Program-made: the position numbers and the translations under genes
Part shown: one piece after another, positions 39,441-49,537 of the stretch
Layout: each line of letters starts with the position of its first letter
Position numbering within the stretch: the stretch's first letter is position 1
NCBI GenBank assembly: GCA_036522895.1
Contig: DATDEX010000286.1
Span: forward strand, 3,929-67,928
Direction of reading: 5' to 3'
From: Candidatus Eiseniibacteriota bacterium
GTDB lineage: Bacteria; Eisenbacteria; RBG-16-71-46
Length of the DNA: 64,000 nt
Notes under the pieces: model-generated
Databases searched by the model: none
Told to the model about the DNA's origin: nothing
The model's input: the letters and a program-made list of their open reading frames with translations, nothing else

Positions 39441-40739
39441 AACGAGCAATCGCGTGGTCGACGAAGTGTGCGCGGGGCTGCGCGTCCGGGCCAGATAGAG
39501 CCCGGGCTGCCAGCGCGCGGTCTCGAGCACGATGTCTCGCACGTCGCTCGTGGGCGGCGTTCGCACCCGCCGGCCCAGCGCATCGAAGAGCTCGAAGCTG
39601 CCGCCACCCTCCGGCAGGTGAACGTGGAGGACCGAGCCAATCCGCGCTGGATTCGGGGCGAACTCGGGAGCCGCGAGGCGCGCGGGCTCCAACTCGCTGA
39701 CGGCGAGCACGGGCAACGCCCGGCGGTAGACCTCACCCCAATCGTTGACCGTGTAGAGGTCGTTGTCGTGCCGGGCCAACACGCGGTACGAAAGGGGCGG
39801 GGCCTGGTTGAGCGACGTGGAGCAGTCGGTCCAGTCGTTGCCCGAATCCATCGAGACCATACAGCCGCGGCTCGTGATCGCATCGTGCGCCGCGAAAAGT
39901 ACGCCGGAATCGTCGCCGATGATCGCGGTGAAGGCCGTGCCGCCCGTGGCGCTGACGTCCCCGGTCGTCCATGTGCCGCCCCCGTCGACGGACCGCGCGA
40001 TCCCGTGCAACATCCCGACGACGACTCTTCCACCGCTCCCGATCCACAGGTCGCGCTGCCAGTAGCGTCCGGAAGCCGTCGGTCCCGGTAGGACGGATCT
40101 CGTCCACACCGAGCCGCCCGGCGCCAGCGTGTAGAGCGAATACGGACTCGACGCCACGTCGTCGCCCTCGAGCGCGAAGAGCTCGCCATCAGGGCCGAGA
40201 CCGATTTCCCCGAGCCTCGCCGTCGTGTCCGCGCCGAGGGCGAACCGCTGCCACGTGATCCCATCGTCCTGGGAGCGGTAGATCCCCGACGCCGGCGTCG
40301 AGACGCCACCGCACAGCGAGTAGAGATCGCCGCCGGGCGCGACGAGCAACGACGTCGGGCAGGCGAAGTAGCCCACGGGTGGCGTGCAGATCCGCCATGT
40401 GACGCCATGATCCAGCGAGAGCGCCAGCTCGGGATTCGGGGAGTTCACGCCCAGCAGCATGCGACCGCCGGATCCGATCGCGAGATCGTAGGCGACGGGC
40501 GCGAAGAAGGGGTCGCTGACGGAATCGGCCCGAACGACGGTCCAGGTGACGCCGCTGTTCGTGGAACGACGCAGTCCGCGATCCCCGCAGCAGTAGAGCG
40601 TCCCATCCAAGTCGGCCACCAGGCAGGTGGCGTGCTGCACCGTGTTGCCGACCTTCACCCAGACCTGGGCTCCGCATGAGGTCCAGGCGAGCGCATGCAG
40701 GAGCGCGGCGCAGATGAGGCTTCCGGGCAGGTGACGCAT
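39432..40739 (-). CDS. Secreted BNR/Asp-box (Ycf48/sialidase-like) beta-propeller protein with T9SS C-terminal domain
   Basis: Signal peptide MRHLPGSLICAALLHALAWTSCGAQ. Repeated SxDxGxTW boxes (STNSGVTWTV, SLDHGVTWRI, SQDDGITWQR, SVDGGGTWTT, SMDSGNDWTD). CTD ending ...LYLARTRSPAHTSSTTRLLVLR. Confidence 0.6.
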   Translation of the reverse strand: MRHLPGSLICAALLHALAWTSCGAQVWVKVGNTVQHATCLVADLDGTLYCCGDRGLRRSTNSGVTWTVVRADSVSDPFFAPVAYDLAIGSGGRMLLGVNSPNPELALSLDHGVTWRICTPPVGYFACPTSLLVAPGGDLYSLCGGVSTPASGIYRSQDDGITWQRFALGADTTARLGEIGLGPDGELFALEGDDVASSPYSLYTLAPGGSVWTRSVLPGPTASGRYWQRDLWIGSGGRVVVGMLHGIARSVDGGGTWTTGDVSATGGTAFTAIIGDDSGVLFAAHDAITSRGCMVSMDSGNDWTDCSTSLNQAPPLSYRVLARHDNDLYTVNDWGEVYRRALPVLAVSELEPARLAAPEFAPNPARIGSVLHVHLPEGGGSFELFDALGRRVRTPPTSDVRDIVLETARWQPGLYLARTRSPAHTSSTTRLLVLR

Positions 40740-40977
40740 CGGGCCTCCTCGAGAATTCCCGATACGAGTTTACCCGGCGATCGCACGGATGCGCACGTCC
40801 GAACCGCAAGGGCTTGGCGACCGGCCGCCCGAGCGGCCGAGCGCACGGCTGCACGCGATCTGATGCGTGCCGACGTCAGCGTGCACGTTCCGCGTCGGTC
40901 GACAGGCACGAGACCAGCACGTCCTGAGCGAACGATCGGGAGGCATGGACGCGGGGTGATCGCCCCCCGCCGATGCC

Positions 40978-43557
40978 TCATCGCAGCATCGCGAGCGCGC
41001 GAGTGAACGTCCCGGCCGGGGTCGCGAGGCGAACCAGGTAGAGCCCCGGCGGAAGCGGGCCGACCTCCGCCCGCCCGCTCCAGGATGCTTGGTAGCGCCC
41101 CGGCTCGTGCCGTCCCTTCGCCAGCGTCGCCACGCGGCGACCGGCCACGTCGAACACCGAGAGCGTGAGGTCGGCGGGCTGGGCGACGGCGAACTCGATC
41201 ACGGTGGCGCCACCGGTGGGGTTGGGTTGCGGTGGGTCGAGATTCCACTCGAGCCGCGCGCCGGCCGCCGCCGTCGTGGGGGACGCGAGGCTCGGAGGTT
41301 CGCCCGGCCGGCCATGTCGCTTCGATCGCGCACCCCACACCAGCGCGCGGACGTCGTTCCTGGGAGGGGTGTAGTAGTCGTCCCCTCCGAACACGATGAT
41401 CTGGTCGCGTCCCGGGTCGTAGACCAGCGTGTGGCCCGCGCGCCCGCTCGGCACTCCGCTCGAGAAGGCGAGCGGAACCCAGCTCAGGCTGTCCGAGAGC
41501 TCGAGGGCCCACACGTCATAGTAATATGGGCTTATGCCCGGCCCGCGATAATCGGTGCTCTCCCCGGAAAACACCACGATCCGGTCGCGCACCGGGTCAT
41601 AGGCCTCGCTGATCCGCCATCGTGGCAGCGGGGGCGCCCCGGCGGGCGAGAGTCGGGTCCAGTTCGGGGTCCCCGACAGCGCGAGGGCCCAGACCGCGCT
41701 CTCCCAGTTCCGTTCCGCGTTGTTCCAGTCCGCTTCGTACACCAGCATCCGGTCCCGCACCGGGTCATAGACCGCGGACCCTGCTTGACCGGTTGGCTGG
41801 GGTCCGGTGGGGAGGAGCTGGGTCCAGGCGGGGATCCCCGTGAGCGAGAGCGACCATACGTCGTTATAAAGAGACCAGGGAGGCGCGGGTTCACCTCCCC
41901 CGAAGACCAGCATGCGCCGGCGCAGGGGATCGTAAACCGCCACGTGCCCCGCGCGCGCGGGCGGCGCCGGGCCCGTGACGGAGAGTCGGGTCCAGGTCGG
42001 GGTACCCGCCAGTGAGAGCGTCCACAAATCACCATCGAGAGAGTACGGCGGATCCCACGCGCCTCCCCCGAACATCACCATGCGCTGGCCCGCCGGATCG
42101 TAGATCGCCGTGTGCCCAAGGCGCGCGACCGGCGCCGTCCCCGCAACCGCGAGCTGGCTCCAGGTCGGGCTCTCACCCAGCGAGAGGGCCCACACGGCGT
42201 TGCTCGAGGTGCCGCCGAACACCACCATCTGGTCGCGTATCGGATCGACGATCGCCGTGTGTTCCTCGCGGCCGGGGGGCAGCGTGCCGAGCCCGCCGGA
42301 GGGAAAGAGATGACTCCAGGCCAGATCGCCCCGGAGCGAGAGAACCCATACGTCGGAACCACTCCCATCATTCCCGCCGAAGACGAACATCTGCCGCCGC
42401 ACGGGGTCGTACACCGCGCTATGCAACGAGCGCTCGCCGGGCGGCGTGCCCGATGGCGAAAGCCTGGTCCAGGTCGGCGGGTCCGACAGCGCAAGCGCCC
42501 ACACCTCGGACCCGGCAAAGAACCCCCCGAAGACCAGCACCCGGTCGCCCGTGGGGTCGTAGACGGCGGTGTGCGCCTCCCGCGCACCCGGCGGTGTGCC
42601 CGAGGGCGAGAGCTGGGTCCAGGTGGGATTCCCCGCAAGCGTGAGCGCCCAAACGTCGATCAAGTCCGACGCGAACCCCAACCCCAGGGGATACCCCCCC
42701 AGCACTATCATCCGGCGGCGGACCGGGTCGTAAACAGCCGCCTGTCCGACCCGGGCGGCGGGCGGCGTGCCGGAAGGGGAGAGCTGGGTCCATGTCGCGG
42801 GCTCCGCGAGCGACAGCGCCCAGACGTCGTCACGCATGCCTTCGCAGTAGTCGGTATCCCAGTACCCACCGAACACCACCATCCGGTCTCCGACCGGGTC
42901 GTAGATCGCGCTGTGACCTTCACGCCCGCACGGCGGTGAGCCCGACGGTGAGATCGGGGTCCAGCTCGAGCCGCCCGAAAGGGGGAGCGCCGAAACGTCG
43001 TTCAAGTAATACTGGTAATCGTCGGGTTCGCGGCATTCACCCCCGAACATCACCATACGGTCCCGCACCGGGTCGTAGATCGCCGACTCGCCAAGGCGTC
43101 CGGTGGTCCCACAGAACCCGAACGACGGGGCGATCAACCGCCAGGACGGATGCCCCGAGAGCGAAAGGGCCCAGGTCTCCTCGTAGCCGCCATCCCCGCC
43201 GTGGACCACCATCTGGTCGTGTCGGCGGTCGTAGATCGCCACGTGGCCGGCGTGTCCACCCAGGCCCAGGGGCAGCCCATCGCCAACGGCATCGGCGCCA
43301 GCCCCCGGGGCGGCATGTTCGGTTTCGCGGGAGGATGCCACGCCCGGCGGTCTTGACTCCGCTATCCGCCGCCAGAGCTCCCGTTGCCAGGGCGGCACCC
43401 GAAGGTCTCTCGCCGTGGCGATCGGTGGAAGTCCGGTTTCATGGCCGACCGTACCTTGGACGGGATCCGCGGCGGCGTCGCTCGTGAGCGCCGCGCGAAC
43501 GAGAACGGAGAGGGAGGCCAGGCAAGCGGCCCGAACCAGCGCGGGACGTCGGCGCAT
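40978..43557 (-). CDS. Secreted Kelch-repeat beta-propeller protein (at least 12 repeats) with T9SS C-terminal domain
   Basis: Signal peptide MRRRPALVRAACLASLSVLVRAALT. Many (S/A)AIYDPVxDRM(V/L)VFGG units. CTD ending ...LYLVRLATPAGTFTRALAMLR. The ORF extends to 43848; the Met at 43557 is preferred. Confidence 0.7.
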   Translation of the reverse strand: MRRRPALVRAACLASLSVLVRAALTSDAAADPVQGTVGHETGLPPIATARDLRVPPWQRELWRRIAESRPPGVASSRETEHAAPGAGADAVGDGLPLGLGGHAGHVAIYDRRHDQMVVHGGDGGYEETWALSLSGHPSWRLIAPSFGFCGTTGRLGESAIYDPVRDRMVMFGGECREPDDYQYYLNDVSALPLSGGSSWTPISPSGSPPCGREGHSAIYDPVGDRMVVFGGYWDTDYCEGMRDDVWALSLAEPATWTQLSPSGTPPAARVGQAAVYDPVRRRMIVLGGYPLGLGFASDLIDVWALTLAGNPTWTQLSPSGTPPGAREAHTAVYDPTGDRVLVFGGFFAGSEVWALALSDPPTWTRLSPSGTPPGERSLHSAVYDPVRRQMFVFGGNDGSGSDVWVLSLRGDLAWSHLFPSGGLGTLPPGREEHTAIVDPIRDQMVVFGGTSSNAVWALSLGESPTWSQLAVAGTAPVARLGHTAIYDPAGQRMVMFGGGAWDPPYSLDGDLWTLSLAGTPTWTRLSVTGPAPPARAGHVAVYDPLRRRMLVFGGGEPAPPWSLYNDVWSLSLTGIPAWTQLLPTGPQPTGQAGSAVYDPVRDRMLVYEADWNNAERNWESAVWALALSGTPNWTRLSPAGAPPLPRWRISEAYDPVRDRIVVFSGESTDYRGPGISPYYYDVWALELSDSLSWVPLAFSSGVPSGRAGHTLVYDPGRDQIIVFGGDDYYTPPRNDVRALVWGARSKRHGRPGEPPSLASPTTAAAGARLEWNLDPPQPNPTGGATVIEFAVAQPADLTLSVFDVAGRRVATLAKGRHEPGRYQASWSGRAEVGPLPPGLYLVRLATPAGTFTRALAMLR

Positions 43558-44009
43558 CACGAAGCTCCTCTTGGGAACTGCGTCGAGCCGGGGAAGAATG
43601 CCTGTTGCTTGCCCCGGGACTCGACCGTCCGTGGCTGCCGCTCGAGGCGGCCGCACCGCTGGTCTCGACTCTAGAAGCGTCGCTCGAGGCGGCCAACGGC
43701 GCGATGCCCTGATCTTGCATGCAGGCGTTTCACGGAGGCAGCGAGGGGCGCCCTGCCCAGCGGAGCAACGGTTCGACACGCCGGGGATGACCACGGCCCA
43801 CGCGTCGTCGGGGCTCAGGTAATTCACCGAGCCCCATCGACTCGGCAATGCGAAATGAATCTTGAGTCGGACGCGCGCTTCGGCCTAGTGTGAATTCCGG
43901 AACGCGCGACGTCGGGAACGAGGTCACGTTCGGCGTCGCGCACCCGGACCCGGCCGCTCGTTCACATGATGCGAGATGATGGCTGCGGGATCATGACGCG
44001 AGCGAGACG

Positions 44010-45827
44010 ATGAGCGCGCGAGGGGCGCGACGGAGCGTGTCGGCGTGGCCGGCCATCACGAGCCTGGCCTTCGCTTTGCTGCTCGCGTGCGGACGCGCGC
44101 GGGCCGCCGACGAGATCCACTGGACGATGATCAGCCCCACGTCGGTGACGTTCGACTGGCGCGGCGCGAACCCGACGCTCCAGTACGGCCAGACGAACGG
44201 CTACGGCTCCACGGCCACGGGCATCCCGCCGGTTCCGATGCCGTTCTCCTCGCCCGGGCCGTTCTGGGAGGCGCGCGTGGACGGCCTCGAGCCCAACCGG
44301 ACCTATCACTACTCGATCGACGGCGGCCCCGATCACACGTTCCACACGCTGCCGCGGCCCGGGCGGCCGTTCACCGTTTACGTCGAGGGCGATGTCGGCG
44401 ACTCGGTCAAGTACCCCGCCGTGGCCCCCGTGCAGGGGCTGATCGCCGCGGGCGAGCCGTCGTTCGTCCTCGTGGTGGGGGACCTCACCTACGGCCACGA
44501 GGACGGGCTCGCGGCCGTGGATCGGCACTTCGACGACGTCATGCCGTGGTCGCAGGACGCGGCCTACATGCCCGCGTGGGGCAACCACGACTGGGCACTC
44601 ACCGACAGCACCGACAACCTGCGCGACTACACCGGGCGCTTCGAGCTTCCCAACCCCCAGACCTCGCCCGGAGCGCCGGCCGTGAGCTGTTGCGGCGAGG
44701 ACTGGTACTGGTTCGACGCCGGGACCGTGCGCTTCATCGCCTACCCCGAGCCCTACACCGGCGCCTGGCCCGACTGGCACGCGCGGGCGGCGACGTTGAT
44801 GGACCAAGCGCAGGCCGATCCCGCGATCCGGTTCATCGTGACGTTCGGCCACCGCGCGGCGTACTCGTCGGGCTTTCATCCCGGCCTGGTCCAGCTCCGC
44901 TCCATCCTCGACTCGCTCGGTGCGCGGCACGACAAGTACGTGCTCAATGTGAATGGGCACAGTCACAACTACGAGCGGACGCTCCCGCAGTTCGGCGTCA
45001 CGCACGTCACGGCCGGCATCGGCGGCTCGCTCCTCGAGGCGCGGAAGGACACCTGCCTGTGGGTGGGAGGCTGTCCGCCGCCCTCGTGGTCGGCGTTCCG
45101 CGCCTTCCACTACGGCGCGCTGCGACTCGAGTTCGGCCCGCACACGATTCGCGGCGAGGCGAAGTGCGGCCCCCCGGGAAGCCCGAGCGACATTGCCTGT
45201 GGCCTGGGGGAGTCGTTCGATTCGTTTACGATCGGGCACGACGCGGCACCGGTTCTGGCCGGCGCGCCGGCGAGCGTGACCGACACCGCCGGCCGCCCGG
45301 TCGTCGTGGACGTGAGGGTCAGCGACCCGGACGACGACCCGATCGACTCGCTGACCGCCGACCTTTCCCGATTGCCTGCGAACAACGATGCCGTGTTCGT
45401 CCCGGGCTCGGACAACGTCTCGGGCCAGCTCCGATGGACGCCGGCCGCGAGCGACACCGGGACGTACGTGGTGGTGTTTCGGGCGGCGAACGCGCTTGCC
45501 GCCTCGATCTCGACGGTGATCGACGTCCGAGGCGCGCCGCTCCCGCCGCCGCCCCCGCCAAGATTCCTGGCCCTGGATCCCGTGCGCCCGAATCCCGCCG
45601 GCTCGTCGTTCTCGGTCGGCTGTTGGCTCACCGGCCGGGGCACGGCACGACTCGACCTCGTGGACGTCGCTGGGCGCTTGCTGCGCCGGATCGATCTGGG
45701 CCAGCCGGGGGCAGGTCACTACGTCGCGTCGATCCGGATGCCCGGCAACCTGTCCGCCGGCCTCTACTGGCTGCGGCTCGAGGAGGCAGGCCGCACGGTG
45801 TTCGGGCGCGTCGTGTTCCGGCCGTAG
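44010..45827 (+). CDS. Secreted purple-acid-phosphatase-like metallophosphoesterase with T9SS C-terminal domain
   Basis: Signal peptide ...AFALLLACGRARAA. PAP motifs GDLTYGHED (GDxxY), GNHDW (GNH[DE]), GHSHNYERT (GHxH). N-terminal FN3-like domain. CTD ending ...LYWLRLEEAGRTVFGRVVFRP. Confidence 0.75.
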   Translation: MSARGARRSVSAWPAITSLAFALLLACGRARAADEIHWTMISPTSVTFDWRGANPTLQYGQTNGYGSTATGIPPVPMPFSSPGPFWEARVDGLEPNRTYHYSIDGGPDHTFHTLPRPGRPFTVYVEGDVGDSVKYPAVAPVQGLIAAGEPSFVLVVGDLTYGHEDGLAAVDRHFDDVMPWSQDAAYMPAWGNHDWALTDSTDNLRDYTGRFELPNPQTSPGAPAVSCCGEDWYWFDAGTVRFIAYPEPYTGAWPDWHARAATLMDQAQADPAIRFIVTFGHRAAYSSGFHPGLVQLRSILDSLGARHDKYVLNVNGHSHNYERTLPQFGVTHVTAGIGGSLLEARKDTCLWVGGCPPPSWSAFRAFHYGALRLEFGPHTIRGEAKCGPPGSPSDIACGLGESFDSFTIGHDAAPVLAGAPASVTDTAGRPVVVDVRVSDPDDDPIDSLTADLSRLPANNDAVFVPGSDNVSGQLRWTPAASDTGTYVVVFRAANALAASISTVIDVRGAPLPPPPPPRFLALDPVRPNPAGSSFSVGCWLTGRGTARLDLVDVAGRLLRRIDLGQPGAGHYVASIRMPGNLSAGLYWLRLEEAGRTVFGRVVFRP

Positions 45828-46298
45828 GCGGCTGCCCGGCGGCGGTTGACGCCACCCAAGGGTGACGACGCTGATTGCGGGCGCGAACGACCGGTACCCG
45901 GAGGTGGTAGCCTGCGAGCGTGCGGGATCCTGTGAGCCTACGCATGGCGGCTTCCGCCTCCCACGCGCCGCGACAGGCGCTCGAGCGCCGGTGACCTCAG
46001 CCAGGGAAGACCAGGGAAGCTCGGGTACGGCCCAGACACTGGTGCGCGCTTCAGTCAGACGCGGGATCAGGCGCATTGCCGGCGTTTCCGCCTTTGCCAC
46101 CGTACTTGCAGGGTGCCTCGGGATGCACGGTCCGGTCATTCCGACCAACCGCAATCCGCACTGCGTGGATCGAGTCTGCGGTACGAGATCATCGAGGAGG
46201 GTTCGCGTCCACGCTCGTACCGCTCATCATCCATCCATGATGCGATCGAGCCCGTTCCACGACGATCAGTTCGCTGCGCCCAATCGTAGGCCACTCTC

Positions 46299-46727
46299 AT
46301 GCTGAGCCGAAGCGTACTCGCCAGTTGCATCGCGGTCTTCGCACTAAGTGGCGCCTGCGATTCTTCGAAGCCCACCGCACCGCCCCAGAATCGAGACCCG
46401 GTCATCAACGGGGCCAGCGTCGCTCCATCGGTCGTGCCCGTTGGCGATTCGGCGCTGATGATATGTAATGCGAGCGACCCCGACGGCGATGCGATCGTTT
46501 TCGATTGGTACGCTGATGGGCGCTTTCTTCTGAAGGATGCCCCCGACGGCGTTACCAGATACAGCAGCCCCAGCGATTCGCAAGTCGTGTATTACGTTCG
46601 TGCGGTAGCGCGATTGGATACCGCACGCATATTTTGCTACGCAAGAGATCGGCGTGGCGGCGAGGCCGGCGTCCTGATTGAATTCCTCTTGAGGGACACG
46701 ACAACCGTAATCTTCCCCGTCAAGTAG
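46299..46727 (+). CDS. Small lipoprotein (hypothetical)
   Basis: Lipobox LSGAC after a signal peptide (MLSRSVLASCIAVFALSGAC). Locally lower GC than its surroundings. No recognisable domain. Confidence 0.4.
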   Translation: MLSRSVLASCIAVFALSGACDSSKPTAPPQNRDPVINGASVAPSVVPVGDSALMICNASDPDGDAIVFDWYADGRFLLKDAPDGVTRYSSPSDSQVVYYVRAVARLDTARIFCYARDRRGGEAGVLIEFLLRDTTTVIFPVK

Positions 46728-46798
46728 AAGGCTCGAGGCTGGATTCCCGGGATGGTTCGGTGCTCGGGAGGAACGTCCGCGGCGCAGCCCGACGTCCG

Positions 46799-48148
46799 TC
46801 AGGCCGCCTTCGCCTGCCGCGCATCGATCGAGCGCGTGACCCTCACGAACACGGCCATCGCAAGCAGGGACAGCGCGCCCACGCCCGCGAACGCGTACCA
46901 CAGGTAGTGCGCGTGGGCGTAGACCCCGGGCATCGGCGCCTGGCCGGCGAGCCAGGCCGCATGCTGAGCCTGGAGGGCGGGCGAGAGCCGGGAGGGATCG
47001 GGGCAGAACGCCTTGAGCAGGTAGCCGGCGAACACGAAGCCGAACAGCCAGGCGAAGAACGTGTTCATGTGGGCGTAGCCCAGGTACAGACCCTCGCGTC
47101 CCGCCGGGGCCTGCCGGGAGGCGAACTCGAGGTACTTGGGGCTCAGGAAGCACTCCGCGAACCCCTGGATCGCGATGCCGATCACCATCATGAGGGTGAT
47201 CGGGTGGATCGCGGCGCCGAGCACGTGCACCGGTCCCCTGAACAGGTGTGAGGTCGCCATGGCGAGCGAGGAGAGCGGGATCAGGATCATCGCCACCATG
47301 ATCGATGCGGCCGGAGCCCAGGTGCGGACCAGCTGGGTCACGCCCACCACGCACAGCACCACCACCAGGGGATTCACGTTCGCGTACCACTCGGGCTTGT
47401 AGGTCTCCCCGGCCATGCGGATCACGTAGTCGGGCATCGACGCGTAGAGCTGTCCCTGAATGGCCCAGAACCCCGCGGTGATGAGGATGAGCGCAGTGAA
47501 GCGCAGGTTTCCCATGGCCGTCGCCATGCCGCGCAGTGTCTCCGCGATGCTCCGGGGCCGTTCGCCGCTGGCCTCGCCCGGGAAATACGTGAGGGCCACG
47601 ATCGCGAGCCCCACCAGCGCGGCCACTGCCGAAAAGTACGGCACATTGCCGACGCCCATCTGGATGCGGATCGGTGCCACGATGGTCTTACCCGTGAACG
47701 AGCCGACATTGACCATCATGTAGAAGATGCTGAACGCACGCGCTCGACTGGCTTCGTTCGAGGACCGCGAGGCCGTGGCGGTGATGACCGGCTTGACGAA
47801 CGAGCCGCCGATCACAATGAGGAGCAGGGCCCCCATCACCGGCCAGAACGCGTGAAACCGTCCCAGCGAGCCGTAACCGAGTGCGAGCAGCGCGAAGGCG
47901 AGCATGAGAGAGCCCCGGAACCCCAGCCGATCGGCCAGCGCGCCGCTGAAGAACGGGAACAGATAGATGAGGGCCCCGAACAAGCCGGCGACGAAGCCCG
48001 CCTGCACGTCGTCGAGCCCCACCACGCGCAGCAGGTAGGTGCGGAGCGCGATGAACGTGCCGTAGTACGCCGCGCGTTCGCACAGTTCGGAGGCGTTCGC
48101 GAACCAGAATGCCCGGGGGAAGTTCCAGGAGACTTTCTCGGCGGCCAT
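46799..48148 (-). CDS. POT/PTR2-family MFS transporter, second copy
   Basis: N-terminal FWFANASELCERAAYYG POT signature and about 12 TM helices. Start taken at MAAEK (48148); the ORF extends to 48328. Confidence 0.7.
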   Translation of the reverse strand: MAAEKVSWNFPRAFWFANASELCERAAYYGTFIALRTYLLRVVGLDDVQAGFVAGLFGALIYLFPFFSGALADRLGFRGSLMLAFALLALGYGSLGRFHAFWPVMGALLLIVIGGSFVKPVITATASRSSNEASRARAFSIFYMMVNVGSFTGKTIVAPIRIQMGVGNVPYFSAVAALVGLAIVALTYFPGEASGERPRSIAETLRGMATAMGNLRFTALILITAGFWAIQGQLYASMPDYVIRMAGETYKPEWYANVNPLVVVLCVVGVTQLVRTWAPAASIMVAMILIPLSSLAMATSHLFRGPVHVLGAAIHPITLMMVIGIAIQGFAECFLSPKYLEFASRQAPAGREGLYLGYAHMNTFFAWLFGFVFAGYLLKAFCPDPSRLSPALQAQHAAWLAGQAPMPGVYAHAHYLWYAFAGVGALSLLAMAVFVRVTRSIDARQAKAA

Positions 48149-48324
48149 CGCGACTCCGTGGTTGTACGGTCGCGCCGGCACGTCCGGACGGTCGAACCGG
48201 GCGGCAACGGCAGGCAGGGAGCACAGCGTCGACGCCAGCATCATAAGGCCTGACCTGCTCCACGACTCGGATTTAATCGCAGTCAGGATCCAGCCAACTC
48301 GGGGCGTCCGAGGAGCATCGCTCA

Positions 48325-48789
48325 TCATCCGCGGGGTATGCGCCGTGGACCGCTGGCCGGTCTTTTCGGTGCCCTCGTGCCGGAAAGCTTCCCGATGTCC
48401 TCAACGAGAGCTTCCAGCATTGGCTGGTCGATCTCATCGAGGTGCCGGAAGCGGAAGCAATACACTCCCACGCGTCGCTTTCCGAACTTCGGTCCATGCT
48501 TCTCGAGCACAGGGCGAATCAGGGGGAGTCCCAGGGCGTACAAACATACGCCGTCTTTCCGGTCGACCAACCCAAACACATACCGCTCTTGATCCTCATA
48601 CATCACGATGTCGCCACTCGGATTGACCGCCATCACCTCCCGTAGCGTCTTGCGGTGACGGAGGATCTTCCGAATGGCCATCGCCATCGCCCGGCGATCG
48701 GGTGCGAGCCTGGCGAAGTACTGTGCAACGCTCATGGTTGGTCGCTTGATCATTTCTCTAGCGGGCCTCCGTGTGTTCCGCGCGGACAT
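48325..48789 (-). CDS. DUF1801 (YdhG-like) domain protein
   Basis: The pattern ...VAQYFARLAPDRRAMAMAIRKIL...VFGLVDRKDGVCLYAL fits DUF1801. Lies in a lower-GC patch. Confidence 0.45.
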   Translation of the reverse strand: MSARNTRRPAREMIKRPTMSVAQYFARLAPDRRAMAMAIRKILRHRKTLREVMAVNPSGDIVMYEDQERYVFGLVDRKDGVCLYALGLPLIRPVLEKHGPKFGKRRVGVYCFRFRHLDEIDQPMLEALVEDIGKLSGTRAPKRPASGPRRIPRG

Positions 48790-48997
48790 GTGGCGTCCCC
48801 AACGGGCGCCGTTACAAACCGGCTTGGCGCCTGGCTGCGGTCCATGGACGCGCTACGCCGGGTGGTCGGAACCGCGGCATGAGCTTGAGCCGCTGCGCCC
48901 AAGGGATGCGCCATCCGGCGACTTCGGGCAAGGTGTGCCAGGTCTGACCGAGCGGTGGTGAGGTTGGCTCGGCGTTCTCCCCTCGATAGGAGCAAGG

Positions 48998-49090
48998 ATG
49001 ATGAAGCGGTCGTGGTCGACCGTGTGGGCCAAGCAGTCGGACGGAACGTGGAAGGCTATCCACGACAACTGGAACTACGATTCGAAGTAG
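48998..49090 (+). pseudogene. Remnant of a SnoaL/NTF2-like (DUF4440-type) gene, C-terminal 30 codons only
   Basis: The short ORF MMKRSWSTVWAKQSDGTWKAIHDNWNYDSK matches the C-terminal strand of NTF2-like proteins. No upstream body is present. Confidence 0.3.
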
Positions 49091-49111
49091 CGAGTCAAGG
49101 TAGCGGGCAAG

Positions 49112-49447
49112 CTATGCGGTAAGGGAGTAGGCCCGCTTGATCCAGGCCACGAGCTGCGAGTCGACATCCGCGGGGCCTTCCAGCTTGAACTCGACGTGAT
49201 GGCGGTTCGCGGACACCTGCTCGCTCCTGTGGACACGGGGATTCTCGAGTGGCGCATCGAACACCAGGTTCAAGACGATTCCATTGGCGCGCGGATGAAC
49301 ACCAGCGAATGCGCGGCCATGCGTCAGGTGCAAGGAGGTCTTCTTGTCCTCAACCTCGAACGCGCCAAGCTTACTGACCGCCGAGATGACCTTTGCGTAC
49401 GTCGCCTGGCTCGCGGGCGACTTAAGAATAGATGGGAATGTGAGCAT
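49112..49447 (-). CDS. DUF5655-like small protein
   Basis: The pattern KTSLHLTHGRAFAGVHPRANGIVLNL...HVEFKL is typical of the DUF5655 family, which is often fused or adjacent to DUF1801. Confidence 0.4.
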   Translation of the reverse strand: MLTFPSILKSPASQATYAKVISAVSKLGAFEVEDKKTSLHLTHGRAFAGVHPRANGIVLNLVFDAPLENPRVHRSEQVSANRHHVEFKLEGPADVDSQLVAWIKRAYSLTA

Positions 49448-49537
49448 TGGGTCAGAGTAGCATCAGAATCAGCCGCTGCCGTGAACTAGTCCAGGCCACT
49501 GGATGATCGCAGCTCCCAGCGCGCTCCGCCGAGCACG

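Noticed and set aside
44045-45865. 606-aa ORF in an alternative plus frame across the purple-acid-phosphatase gene
   Set aside because: It has no motifs. The 44010 frame carries the GDxxY/GNHD/GHxH metallophosphoesterase signatures and a signal peptide.
45862-46305. 147-aa ORF filling the 470-bp intergenic region after the phosphatase gene
   Set aside because: No ribosome-binding site and no domain, with an Arg/Ala-rich composition. It is more likely non-coding spacer, though an sRNA is not excluded.
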